A stretch of DNA of 64,000 nucleotides. It comes from an uncultured Pseudomonadota bacterium (GTDB lineage Bacteria > JAMCPX01). The notes under the pieces were generated by a model. The model was not told where the DNA came from and made no database searches. It saw only the letters and a program-made list of their open reading frames with translations. The stretch covers positions 4,067-68,066 of the forward strand of contig CAZJPN010000040.1 of NCBI GenBank assembly GCA_964547905.1. The letters are read 5' to 3'. How positions within the stretch are numbered: the first letter of the stretch is position 1; each line of letters begins with the position of its first letter. Made by a program: the position numbers and the translations under genes. Below are positions 1 to 8,888 of the stretch, one piece after another.

Positions 1-311
1 CCATAGGGGTCCTGGAATACGATCTGGGCTTCACGCCTGAATTTTTTGAGCACAGCTCTGTTGTTATGCTTCGCTGCATCCACCATATCGATGCCGTCAA
101 AGAGGATGCTGCCGTGCGTAGGCTTTATCAACAGCAATGCCGACCTACCGAGCGTTGACTTGCCCGAACCGCTCTCGCCGACAAGCCCGAGTGTTTCATG
201 CTCGTTGATAAATAAAGAGACCCCGTCAACAGCCTTTGTTTCAGATTGTTTACGAAACAGGCCGTGACCTGTATAGTAGACTTTCAGATCTTTTATGTTT
301 AAAAGTGGCAT
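1..311 (-). CDS. ABC transporter ATP-binding protein (oligopeptide/dipeptide type), N-terminal part; gene continues past the window edge
   Basis: Reverse-strand translation from ATG at 311..309 gives MPLLNIKDLKVYY...LGLVGESGSGKSTLGRS (Walker A). The frame stays open to position 1. Not in the ORF track because it runs off the window. Confidence 0.6.
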   Translation of the reverse strand, partial: MPLLNIKDLKVYYTGHGLFRKQSETKAVDGVSLFINEHETLGLVGESGSGKSTLGRSALLLIKPTHGSILFDGIDMVDAAKHNNRAVLKKFRREAQIVFQDPY

Positions 312-412
312 GCGGTATTCATAGCTTGAACCATAATATTATGCAAGTCTCAATTGCTTGAAACTATAGTAATAATTGTTATGCTGATAAATAAAATAAA
401 AAAGGAGGCAAT

Positions 413-832
413 GTGCAAAGAACACTTTCAATGGTAAAACCGGACGGAGTGAAGAAACAGATCATAGGAAAGGTCGTATCCATGTTTGAGGAAAAAGGTA
501 TAAAGGTCGTTGGTATAAAGATGCTTTCTCTGACCAGGGAGAGGACAATGGGTTTTTACAGGGTGCATAAGGACAGGCCTTTTTTTGACAGCCTCACAAC
601 CTTTATGTCCTCAGGACCTATTGTAGTAATGGTATTGGAGGGAGATGATGTTATAAATAAGGTCAGGGGTATCATGGGTGCAACAGACCCGAAAAAGGCA
701 GATAAGGGAACTATCAGGAATATGTTTGCATCCGGTATTGAAAAGAATATCGTACATGGCTCGGATAGTCCGGAAAGCGCTGCAACCGAGATCCCATACT
801 TCTTTTCAGAAATGGAGATCCATAACTATTAG
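413..832 (+). CDS. ndk: nucleoside diphosphate kinase
   Basis: 139 aa with typical NDK sequence (MVKPDGV...GIKMLSL...NIVHGSDS). GTG start preceded by AAAGGAGG at about 402-409. Confidence 0.9.
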   Translation: MQRTLSMVKPDGVKKQIIGKVVSMFEEKGIKVVGIKMLSLTRERTMGFYRVHKDRPFFDSLTTFMSSGPIVVMVLEGDDVINKVRGIMGATDPKKADKGTIRNMFASGIEKNIVHGSDSPESAATEIPYFFSEMEIHNY

Positions 833-919
833 GATGAGCAGCGAGAATATATGACCATCACGCAATGGGACCGTTAGCCCTGAGTTGTAAACACAGAATA
901 ATAACACTATATTAAAATC

Positions 920-1939
920 ATGGCTAAGATTGATATTAAAAATCTACAGGTAAAAGACCTCGAACAGACGCTCAAACAGCTTGGCTTGCCTGCTTACAGT
1001 GCAAAGCAGATATTTATATGGCTTTACAAAAAGCATGTCTATGACTTCGAACAAATGACGAACCTATCCATGCCATCGCGGCATTTGCTTGCAGAGCAGT
1101 TCGAAATCCCTTCTCTGAAGGTACGGGAGAAAAAGGTCGGCCGTGACCATACGACAAAGTATCAGTTCGCCCTGCACGACGGCTCTGCAATAGAGTCCGT
1201 GCTCATACCCATGGGCAGATGGCATACGCTGTGCGTATCGACACAGGTCGGGTGTGCACTCGGATGCAAGTTCTGTCTCACCGGCATAAAAGGGTTCAAA
1301 CGCCACCTCAGCGTATCCGAGATTACGGGACAGCTTGCTGCTGCCCAGGCTGAAAGCCCGCACACCTCCATATCCCACATCGTGTTCATGGGTATGGGAG
1401 AGCCCTTTGCCAATTATGACAACACCCTCAAGGCAATAGACATCATGACATCCGAATACGGGTATCAATACTCCCACCATAGGATCACCGTATCGACAGC
1501 CGGCCTTGTTCCACAGATCAAACGGTTTATCGAAGAATCAAAAGCGCACCTCGCTGTGTCACTGAATGCCCTGTACGATGATACAAGGACTGCACTGATG
1601 CCCATCAATGCGAAGTATCCCCTGAAAGATCTAACAGCGGCCATGAAAGATTACCATAAGAAGAGAAAGGGCTGGATCACCTTTGAATACGTCATGATCC
1701 GGGATATAAATGACGGCATAGCCCACGCCATCCAGCTTGCAAAGCTTCTCAAGGAATTCCCTTTCAAGGTCAACCTGATCCCCTTTAACGAGCACTGGGG
1801 CACCGGCTATAAGCGGCCCGATGAGGAGCATATACGGGCATTCCAGGAATACCTTTTGAACCACACGATCGCGTGTATGGTAAGGACAACCCACGGCGAA
1901 GAGATAGAGGCAGCGTGCGGACAGCTCGGCGGAAAATGA
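920..1939 (+). CDS. rlmN: 23S rRNA/tRNA adenine-C2 methyltransferase, radical SAM (RlmN/Cfr family)
   Basis: 339 aa with the radical-SAM cluster motif CALGCKFC. The N-terminal HhH-like region and C-terminal GEEIEAACGQL are typical of RlmN. Confidence 0.88.
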   Translation: MAKIDIKNLQVKDLEQTLKQLGLPAYSAKQIFIWLYKKHVYDFEQMTNLSMPSRHLLAEQFEIPSLKVREKKVGRDHTTKYQFALHDGSAIESVLIPMGRWHTLCVSTQVGCALGCKFCLTGIKGFKRHLSVSEITGQLAAAQAESPHTSISHIVFMGMGEPFANYDNTLKAIDIMTSEYGYQYSHHRITVSTAGLVPQIKRFIEESKAHLAVSLNALYDDTRTALMPINAKYPLKDLTAAMKDYHKKRKGWITFEYVMIRDINDGIAHAIQLAKLLKEFPFKVNLIPFNEHWGTGYKRPDEEHIRAFQEYLLNHTIACMVRTTHGEEIEAACGQLGGK

Positions 1940-1970
1940 TCCGCCCTGCGACAAGACGCAAGGTATCCAA

Positions 1971-2062
1971 TCTCCCCTCCCTTGACGGGAGGGGACAAAG
2001 GGGAGGGAGAAAATGCCAGCCTATCACCTCCCACCTAACCTCCCCTGTCAAGGGGGAGGGAT
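1971..2062. repeat. GC-rich palindromic repeat element, copy A (about 92 bp; hairpin termini CCCTCCC-TTGAC-GGGAGGG and CCTCCCC-TGTCAA-GGGGAGG)
   Basis: Seen directly: tcccctccc/gggagggga forms a 9-bp stem with loop ttgac. A second hairpin, cctcccc/ggggagg, is the inverted version. The internal segment aaaggggagggag...tgccag...cacctccc aligns with copy B near 53.85 kb. Confidence 0.5.
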
Positions 2063-2131
2063 AAAAGGAGATCTGCAGCAAGACCACAAGGGACTACAAA
2101 TTAAGTATTAAAACTTTAAGGAGGACATTCA

Positions 2132-3019
2132 ATGAAGATAACTATTCTGGACCTTAACTTTTTTAAAACGGATTCGATAGCAAGTTTTTTGATAGAAACA
2201 ACGGACGGACCAATCTTGATCGAGACGGGACCAGACACCACCTATAAAAACCTTACAGGATCGCTCAAAAATTTTGGCTATTCTGCGAAGGACGTACTGG
2301 GTGTTTTCGTCAGCCACATACATCTTGATCACGCCGGTGCAGCGTGGCACTTTGCGGATGCCGGCGCAACCATATATGTACATGCCAACGGTGCACGGCA
2401 CATGGCGGATCCATCCAAACTCTTTGCATCCGCAAAGCAGATCTATAAGGACGACATGGACAGGCTGTGGGGGCAGCTCAAACCGATATCCCAGGATCGT
2501 ATCCATCCTACCGCAGACGGAGAGGTCATAACCATAGGGGGTGTCAAGATACAGGCGTTTTCCACCCCCGGGCACGCGTCCCACCACAATGTATACCTTG
2601 TAGACGGTATGATGTTCACCGGGGATGTGGGAGGGATACGCATCAAAGACGGGCCTATTTTTGCACCGACACCGCCGCCGGATATAAATGTTGAAGTCTG
2701 GCAGGAATCCATAAAAAAAATACGCCAGCTAAAGCCATCGGCACTATATCTTACTCACTTCGGTATGTTCAAGGATGTCACAGAACATCTTGAAAGACTT
2801 GAGGGCATGCTTCTTCAATGGACAGAATGGATTGGAGACAGATTAAAACAGGGCAAAACGGATGAGGCGATTGTGAAAGAGTTCGAGGCATACTTCAAAA
2901 GCTTGATACAGCAAACAAGCAGTGACCAGGGGCTTTTTGAACGCTACGAGCTCGCTGACCCTTCATACATGAACGCACCAGGGCTTATCAGGTACTGGAG
3001 GAAGTTCCGGGGTTTATAA
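2132..3019 (+). CDS. MBL-fold metallo-hydrolase
   Basis: 295 aa with the HIHLDHAGA (HxHxDH) metallo-beta-lactamase motif. AAGGAGG RBS upstream. Confidence 0.75.
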   Translation: MKITILDLNFFKTDSIASFLIETTDGPILIETGPDTTYKNLTGSLKNFGYSAKDVLGVFVSHIHLDHAGAAWHFADAGATIYVHANGARHMADPSKLFASAKQIYKDDMDRLWGQLKPISQDRIHPTADGEVITIGGVKIQAFSTPGHASHHNVYLVDGMMFTGDVGGIRIKDGPIFAPTPPPDINVEVWQESIKKIRQLKPSALYLTHFGMFKDVTEHLERLEGMLLQWTEWIGDRLKQGKTDEAIVKEFEAYFKSLIQQTSSDQGLFERYELADPSYMNAPGLIRYWRKFRGL

Positions 3020-3095
3020 TCCGCTGCGAGGATGACCCCATAATGCTTGCTTTTTTTTGATAAGTTTATTCTACCTCTGGTATGGAGGAGAATAT

Positions 3096-3644
3096 ATGAA
3101 AAAGGTTCTCACCGCTTTTTTGTACTCGTTTTTTGTCATACTATCGGTATCCGGATGTTCTGACCACAGCTCTTCACAAAACCCATACGCCCATCTTTGC
3201 AATAAATTTGTATCCGGCACCCGGCTGGTCTCCCTATCACCCGGCCAGGGTACACAGTTCGGGGACCAGCGGGTTACAGCGGTTATCAACGGCGTTGATG
3301 CATCCTTTACACCTGCGACGATTTTCCTGGGAAACAAGGCACGGGGCATCACCATCACATCTCAATCCTCCAGCGCATTGTCCGTCGGTTTCACAACAGC
3401 AGGCACGCCGACTGCAGGCACCTATCCTCTCGTTATAGAAGATAGTTCCGGCAACTGTATCTATGCCGCGAATGCCTATGCGTACACGCCTCCGGTGAGC
3501 AGTGCGTTCAGGACATTTGTCGGATTCGGTGCAAGCGGCACAGCCGGATTCCAGTCCGACAGTTACAACGAGGCTGCACAGCTCAATGGCCCGAGTTCGG
3601 CTTTCCTATTATTTTTTTTCGGGTTAACGCAGGTAAACTGCTAG
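3096..3644 (+). CDS. hypothetical lipoprotein (Ig/TIG-like beta-rich)
   Basis: Start moved to the internal ATG (MKKVLTAFLYSFFVILSVSGC). Signal peptide plus lipobox LSVSGC. GGAGGAG RBS about 7 nt upstream. The C-terminal tail (LLFFFGLTQVNC) looks like read-through, so a frameshift is possible. Confidence 0.5.
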   Translation: MKKVLTAFLYSFFVILSVSGCSDHSSSQNPYAHLCNKFVSGTRLVSLSPGQGTQFGDQRVTAVINGVDASFTPATIFLGNKARGITITSQSSSALSVGFTTAGTPTAGTYPLVIEDSSGNCIYAANAYAYTPPVSSAFRTFVGFGASGTAGFQSDSYNEAAQLNGPSSAFLLFFFGLTQVNC

Positions 3645-3927
3645 CCAAACCTGCACACAGCAGGATCATGATGAGCAGCCAGAGGTATGCGATCCGGTGT
3701 TCCAAAAAGAATATGGTTGACCGGTGAAGTGCTACAACAAAGGGGACACACAGACCCAGGGCGATACTAAAAGCAAGGAACTTGATACCAAGGTGCATAT
3801 GTTTGAAGAGCTTGATCAAGACCCTGTAGGCAACAAGGATGAACAGGATATCGGCAACCGCACTGAGCAGCAATATACCCATAACAGCTATGCCTTCGAC
3901 ACTCAGCCAATGCATGTCAGCCTCCAA
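3583..3927 (-). CDS. hypothetical small membrane protein
   Basis: 114 aa with three predicted TM helices, directly downstream of pyrD (3-nt gap). Its 3' end overlaps the 3' end of the plus-strand lipoprotein ORF by about 60 nt. Uncertain. Confidence 0.35.
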   Translation of the reverse strand: MEADMHWLSVEGIAVMGILLLSAVADILFILVAYRVLIKLFKHMHLGIKFLAFSIALGLCVPFVVALHRSTIFFLEHRIAYLWLLIMILLCAGLASSLPALTRKKIIGKPNSGH

Positions 3928-3929
3928 GC

Positions 3930-4847
3930 TTATTTTTTTGCCGCACCGATAAGGGATGCGAATGTTTCGATGCCCGCACCTGAGAGATAACCATGAAGCT
4001 CGCCTACAAGCCGGGCTGCAATACCCGGGTTTATGAAGTTTGCAGTGCCTATCTGTATTGCGGTCGCACCTGCAAGCGCATACTCCACGATATCCTCTGC
4101 GGTAGATATACCGCCGACACCTATGATCGGTATATCGATCCTGCCGTATGTATCATACACAAGCTTCAGCGTTATCGGTTTGATCGCAGGCCCTGACAGG
4201 CCTCCTGTTTTTGCGCCGAGGAACGGCCGTTTGTTTTTTATGTCAATGGCCATTGCAGGATAGGTATTCGCAATACTTACAGCATCCGCTCCACCCTTCT
4301 GTGCGGAGACAGCTACATCGACGATGCTGGTAACCATTGGTGAAAGTTTCACGATGAGTGTTTTATCCGTTGCGTCCCTTACCTTTTGTGTAATGGTCTG
4401 CACGACAAGAGGGTCTTTCCCGAACTCGGCACCGCCGGCCTTCACGTTCGGACATGATATATTCAGTTCGATACCGTCTATCCGTTTGATCCTGTTCAAT
4501 CTTCGCGCAAGCTCCACGTACTCATCTACAGATGTGCCAAAGACGTTGACGATAATCACCGTGTCGACATCCCTTAAGTGAGGTATCACGTCCTTGAGAA
4601 ATGCGTCCAGACCTATATTCTCAAGCCCTATTGAGTTTATCAATCCGGAAGGGGTTTCTTTAATCCTCGGCTCTGGATTGCCTTTTCTCGGTTCAAGGGA
4701 CAGGCCCTTTGTTACAAACCCGCCTATGCTATCGAGGGATAGAAATTTTTTATATTCGATGCCGTAGCCGAATGTGCCGGAAGCGCCGATGATGGGATTC
4801 TTAAGACGCATCCGTCCGATCTTTACCTGCAATGATTTTTTATTCAT
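3930..4847 (-). CDS. pyrD: dihydroorotate dehydrogenase (class 1 catalytic subunit)
   Basis: 305 aa with strong PyrD family sequence (GASGTFGYG...LNISCPN...GGISTAEDIVEY). No pyrK is adjacent. Confidence 0.9.
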   Translation of the reverse strand: MNKKSLQVKIGRMRLKNPIIGASGTFGYGIEYKKFLSLDSIGGFVTKGLSLEPRKGNPEPRIKETPSGLINSIGLENIGLDAFLKDVIPHLRDVDTVIIVNVFGTSVDEYVELARRLNRIKRIDGIELNISCPNVKAGGAEFGKDPLVVQTITQKVRDATDKTLIVKLSPMVTSIVDVAVSAQKGGADAVSIANTYPAMAIDIKNKRPFLGAKTGGLSGPAIKPITLKLVYDTYGRIDIPIIGVGGISTAEDIVEYALAGATAIQIGTANFINPGIAARLVGELHGYLSGAGIETFASLIGAAKK

Positions 4848-5034
4848 TTATTTTGCACCCTTGAAATCTTGAATCATTGACCAAAAAAATGCAATAAGAA
4901 GGTTCGCATAACAACGGAGGCTGTATCACAATCCCCTTTTTGTCACCCTGAAGACCGCCCTGCCATTCCGAATATGACACAGTCTCTAAAAACAGGGGTA
5001 ACGAAAGCAGATGTTCGATAACTACTTGAAAAAA

Positions 5035-5107
5035 AGCGCCTGAGGGGATTTGAACCCCTGACCTACGGAGCCGGAGTCCGTCGCTCTATCCACTGGGCTA
5101 CAGGCGC
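5035..5107 (-). tRNA. tRNA-Arg (anticodon CCG)
   Basis: Reverse complement reads GCGCCTGTAGCCCAGTGGATAGAGCGACGGACTCCGGCTCCGTAGGTCAGGGGTTCAAATCCCCTCAGGCGC. Acceptor, D, anticodon (loop CTCCGGC gives CCG) and T arms (GGTTCAAATCC) are all well formed. Ends are approximate. Confidence 0.8.
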
Positions 5108-5127
5108 AATTTTCGACTCTATCGCAA

Positions 5128-5757
5128 TTAACTCCATGCTTTTATGATTTCGGCAGCAGGCGTCACAATAACCATTCTTGTCAAAACCTTGAGTGCGAGT
5201 TCATGCATTTCCCTGTCCATGGCTGATACCCCGTCGCTTACAACAACAGGATAAAACCCCCTGTTGGATGCATCCCTTGCACTCGATGCAACACCGAATT
5301 CTGTCGATATACCTGTAAAGACAACGGTCTCTATACCCTTGTTCCTCAGCAGGTATTCAACATGCGTACCTATGAATATGCTCGCGGTATGCTTGTTAAT
5401 AACTATATCGTCGCCACAAGGTGCAACATCGGATGCTATTTCGGCATCACTTGTTCCGGGTTTCATGAATGGAGGCAGCTTCGCAGGATCATCTACACCG
5501 TAGCGCCTCATCGTGGAATAGATTGCCCATGAGGAATTGTACTGCGGCGGCAAATGGGTAATCTTTGAGTATATTACAGAAACACCTTTTTCTCTTGACT
5601 TGCTTATAACTGTTTTAAGGTTGGACAAAAACTCTTTCTTGTTGAATATATTGTTAACAAGCGCATTCTGTACATCCCATACAACGAGAGCTGTATGTTC
5701 CGGGTTGACTATTTCTTTTATGGACTCGTATATAGTTTTGTTTAAAAATTTTTTCAT
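5128..5757 (-). CDS. isochorismatase-family cysteine hydrolase
   Basis: 209 aa with isochorismatase-like family sequence (ALVVWDVQN...VFTGISTEFGV with the catalytic Cys region). Confidence 0.75.
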   Translation of the reverse strand: MKKFLNKTIYESIKEIVNPEHTALVVWDVQNALVNNIFNKKEFLSNLKTVISKSREKGVSVIYSKITHLPPQYNSSWAIYSTMRRYGVDDPAKLPPFMKPGTSDAEIASDVAPCGDDIVINKHTASIFIGTHVEYLLRNKGIETVVFTGISTEFGVASSARDASNRGFYPVVVSDGVSAMDREMHELALKVLTRMVIVTPAAEIIKAWS

Positions 5758-5828
5758 GACCGGATACCTCCTTTTTGTACTAATATTAATAATTTTGACT
5801 TATAATTTCAAACGACAGCTAAATTTTC

Positions 5829-8777
5829 TTAAAGATCCCAAATATCTTCAATGGATAAAAAGGTTTCGACAATCCCGGGATCGAACTGAGTACCAGAACA
5901 TCTGTTCAATTCGGTTATTACTTCGTCTTTGGACATACCTTTTCTGTACGGTCTATCGGAAATCATAGCATCCACAGCATCTGCAACCGATAATATCCTT
6001 GCGAGTAGCGGGATCTGATCGCCCTTCAATCCTACAGGATAGCCCGTACCGTCATAGAACTCATGATGGTACCTTATTATTGGAGTGATCTCTTTCAACT
6101 GTTTTATCGGAGCAATTATTTCTTCTCCCTTCGTCGGATGCTGCTTTATTAAAGACCATTCTTCTTCCGTAAGTTTCTCTCTCTTATCGATTATACCTGC
6201 GTATGTGCCTATTTTACCTATGTCATGCAACAGGGATGCCACTTCAAGTTCTTTTAATGCCTTTTCATCAAGTCCTATTGACCTGCCTATAGCAATGGCA
6301 TATTTTGCAACCCCCTCTGAATGGCCGGAAGTCCATTTCGATTTTGCATCTATTACATTTGACAGGGATTTGATAGTTGCCATGGACGATTCCTCAAGGT
6401 CTGATATAAGCTTTGAATTGGCCAGCGCTATAGAGATCTGAGACCCGAGCCTTTCAGCCGTTACAAGATTTTCGTGTGTAAATGCAGAGATTCTTTTTGA
6501 ACCGAAACTCAGGATCCCTATGACCTCATTACCTATCTTAAGCGGAATTCTCATGACAGACATGAATTCATTATTTAAAAGCTCCCGCTCTAACATAAAA
6601 ATATCATTAACCTCGCTGAGATTCGGTATGTATTGTGGTCTGCCCGTCTTTATAACATCTGTCAAACTGGTATCGGTGAATAAGAAAGACGATCCCAATA
6701 CAGAAGTAAGTTTACCGGAACTTGCTATAAGGTTAAACCCATGTTTGTCTTTATCGACAAGTCTGATATCCGCTAAATCGCAGGGAAGCAATTTACCAGC
6801 CATTCTTGTCACAGTGTTTAATACATCCTCCGATGTCAGGTTGGACAGAATACTTCTGTCTATTTCGTACATGGTGTTTATTATCTCTATTCTGTGTGCA
6901 AGCTCCATTGTCTTTTCTACGGATTCCCTGTATAATTTTGCCTGTTCAAGTGCGGTTGAAACCTGATTTGCTATACCGATGATGGCATTATAATACCTCT
7001 CAGTAAAACGCGATGCCGCATGCTCTTTTTTAAAATAAATACCGGCAACAATGCCAAGCAACGCATCTCTATTCAATAGCGGGATTACGAGCAGGGTATT
7101 GATGTATTTTATGTCTACATATTTAGAAAAGGATAACCATGTTATACTCTCCTCCTCTACATCAACAACAGGCATCGCAATATTTTCACCAAATACGCTG
7201 TGAGCAAATCTTATCAGAAAAGGCCTTCTTATATTAATAAGATTTTTTATATGCTTCATATCGATATTCTCTGTTCTAAAAAACGGCAGTATGTCATTGG
7301 GCATATCCACTTGTTCGCCCGGCACAAACACCCCTGCTTGCTTGTCCCAGAGGTATGAAACGGTAATATTGCAGCCCATGATTTCTCTGCTTGACTTTAC
7401 AGCCTCAAACATAAGTTTATCTACATCCGTAATCGTTGCAACAGCCTCTGACAGAGAAAGCAACTGCGAGGTTATCTCCATTTCTTCTTGAAGCCTTTGT
7501 TCGGATAATTTACGTTCCGATACATCTTTGAAGGTTAATACTATTCCATTTACATTTGGGTCTTTAATCAAATTCATGGCGGATATTTCTAACCAGTGAT
7601 ACGTACCATCGCTATGCAAATAACGGGTTTCGCCTTTATAGGTGATATCCGGTTTACTAAGGACTTGATTGAAATTTTTCATGACCTTGGTCTTGTCATC
7701 TGGATGGATAAATTCAACACCGCTTTTGCCCAACCTGTCCTTTATTTTATAACCTGTAATACTTTCAAATGAAGGCGAGATATATTTATTTATCCCTTTT
7801 TCGTCCACCAAGACTATTATATCCGTACTGTTCTGTACAATAGCACGGAACCGCTCCTCGCTCTTGTGCAGATCTTCCTCCATCATCTTGCGATCCGTAA
7901 TATCCCTTGTATGAAGGACTATCCCTTGAACAATGGGATTGCCCAGCATATTCACTCCAACCACCTCAACCCATATATAGGTTCCATCCTTGGCTAAATA
8001 GCGTGCTTGAAGAGAGTGAACTTTGTAAGGATCATCGAGTAATTCATTAAAGATTCCGGATACCATGGCTTTATCTTCTGGGTGGATAAGATTGAATACG
8101 CTCTTACCAAGCATCTCTTTCGAATTATAGCCGCCGACATTGCTAAAAGACGAAGACGCATATTTCCTTTTCCCTTGCTCATCGATAACGACTATCGAAT
8201 CATAACTATTCTGAACAATTGCCTTGAAAAACTCTTCGCTTTTACGCAATGCATCTTCCGCCCTTTTCCTGTCCTCGATCTCGTGTTCAAGCTGCTCTGT
8301 ACGATTTTTAAGTTCATCTTCTATATACTTACTATCTGTTATATCCCTTGAGTTCACGACTATGCCCGCAACCTCCGGTATATCAAGCATACTCTTTGCC
8401 CTTATATCGAGGAAATGCCATGAACCATCTTTATAATAAACTGGGATTTGCATCTGCTTTACAGCCCCGGGATTCTTGATGAGCGCTTCAAACATATTTT
8501 TAACCTTTTGAACATAATCCGGATGAACCAATTCAATGAAGGTTTTACCCGTTATCTCTTCGGGTTTGTAGAAGTCATCAACATTATAACCTATATTCTG
8601 ATAGCGTATCGTCCCGTCTTTATCCAGGATCGTAATTTTACTTTGCAAATTTTCTACAATAGAACGAAAAAACAATTCTTCTTTATCATGTTTACCCGTA
8701 TGATCTAGATCTACAGGCTTTATCTTAGCCTTTTGAGCAATATCTTTTTTGTTGGACATGTGTTTGCCTTTTCTCAT
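5829..8777 (-). CDS. multi-PAS/GAF sensor protein with C-terminal HD-GYP domain (putative c-di-GMP phosphodiesterase)
   Basis: 982 aa. Several PAS-like segments and two GAF-like segments. The C-terminus has HDIGK...HHEFYDGTGYP, the HD-GYP signature. The exact start is ambiguous (M1 or M7). Confidence 0.85.
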   Translation of the reverse strand: MRKGKHMSNKKDIAQKAKIKPVDLDHTGKHDKEELFFRSIVENLQSKITILDKDGTIRYQNIGYNVDDFYKPEEITGKTFIELVHPDYVQKVKNMFEALIKNPGAVKQMQIPVYYKDGSWHFLDIRAKSMLDIPEVAGIVVNSRDITDSKYIEDELKNRTEQLEHEIEDRKRAEDALRKSEEFFKAIVQNSYDSIVVIDEQGKRKYASSSFSNVGGYNSKEMLGKSVFNLIHPEDKAMVSGIFNELLDDPYKVHSLQARYLAKDGTYIWVEVVGVNMLGNPIVQGIVLHTRDITDRKMMEEDLHKSEERFRAIVQNSTDIIVLVDEKGINKYISPSFESITGYKIKDRLGKSGVEFIHPDDKTKVMKNFNQVLSKPDITYKGETRYLHSDGTYHWLEISAMNLIKDPNVNGIVLTFKDVSERKLSEQRLQEEMEITSQLLSLSEAVATITDVDKLMFEAVKSSREIMGCNITVSYLWDKQAGVFVPGEQVDMPNDILPFFRTENIDMKHIKNLINIRRPFLIRFAHSVFGENIAMPVVDVEEESITWLSFSKYVDIKYINTLLVIPLLNRDALLGIVAGIYFKKEHAASRFTERYYNAIIGIANQVSTALEQAKLYRESVEKTMELAHRIEIINTMYEIDRSILSNLTSEDVLNTVTRMAGKLLPCDLADIRLVDKDKHGFNLIASSGKLTSVLGSSFLFTDTSLTDVIKTGRPQYIPNLSEVNDIFMLERELLNNEFMSVMRIPLKIGNEVIGILSFGSKRISAFTHENLVTAERLGSQISIALANSKLISDLEESSMATIKSLSNVIDAKSKWTSGHSEGVAKYAIAIGRSIGLDEKALKELEVASLLHDIGKIGTYAGIIDKREKLTEEEWSLIKQHPTKGEEIIAPIKQLKEITPIIRYHHEFYDGTGYPVGLKGDQIPLLARILSVADAVDAMISDRPYRKGMSKDEVITELNRCSGTQFDPGIVETFLSIEDIWDL

Positions 8778-8888
8778 AACTATTAAATATACGATTTAAT
8801 AAATTTATCAAGTTATATAATCAACACCTGCATCATTGTATTGACATAGTATCTAACTTTAGGATATAGAACAATAGGAATTGTTTAT

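Noticed and set aside
1971-2062. Possible CRISPR array (hairpin-forming repeats)
   Set aside because: There are only two hairpins per locus, no regularly spaced identical repeats with unique spacers, and no cas genes in the window.
1785-2087. ORFs 1785..2087(-), 1807..2034(-), 1873..2064(+) with Pro/Gly/Arg-rich translations
   Set aside because: They span the GC-rich palindromic repeat element and the rlmN 3' end on several frames. Their low-complexity translations are typical artefacts of palindromic repeats, not genes.
3019-3056. Rho-independent terminator after the MBL hydrolase gene (8-T tract at about 3048-3055)
   Set aside because: The upstream stem is only about 5 bp with a G-U wobble and a large loop. 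Too weak to call with confidence.
5035-5830. Genomic-island signature next to tRNA-Arg (integrase/att repeat)
   Set aside because: The genes flanking the tRNA are an isochorismatase-family hydrolase and the HD-GYP sensor. No integrase, transposase or tRNA 3'-end direct repeat was seen.
5537-5968. Plus-strand 143-aa ORF overlapping the isochorismatase and HD-GYP genes
   Set aside because: It is antisense to two well-supported genes and its sequence is hydrophobic and low-complexity, so it is a probable spurious ORF.
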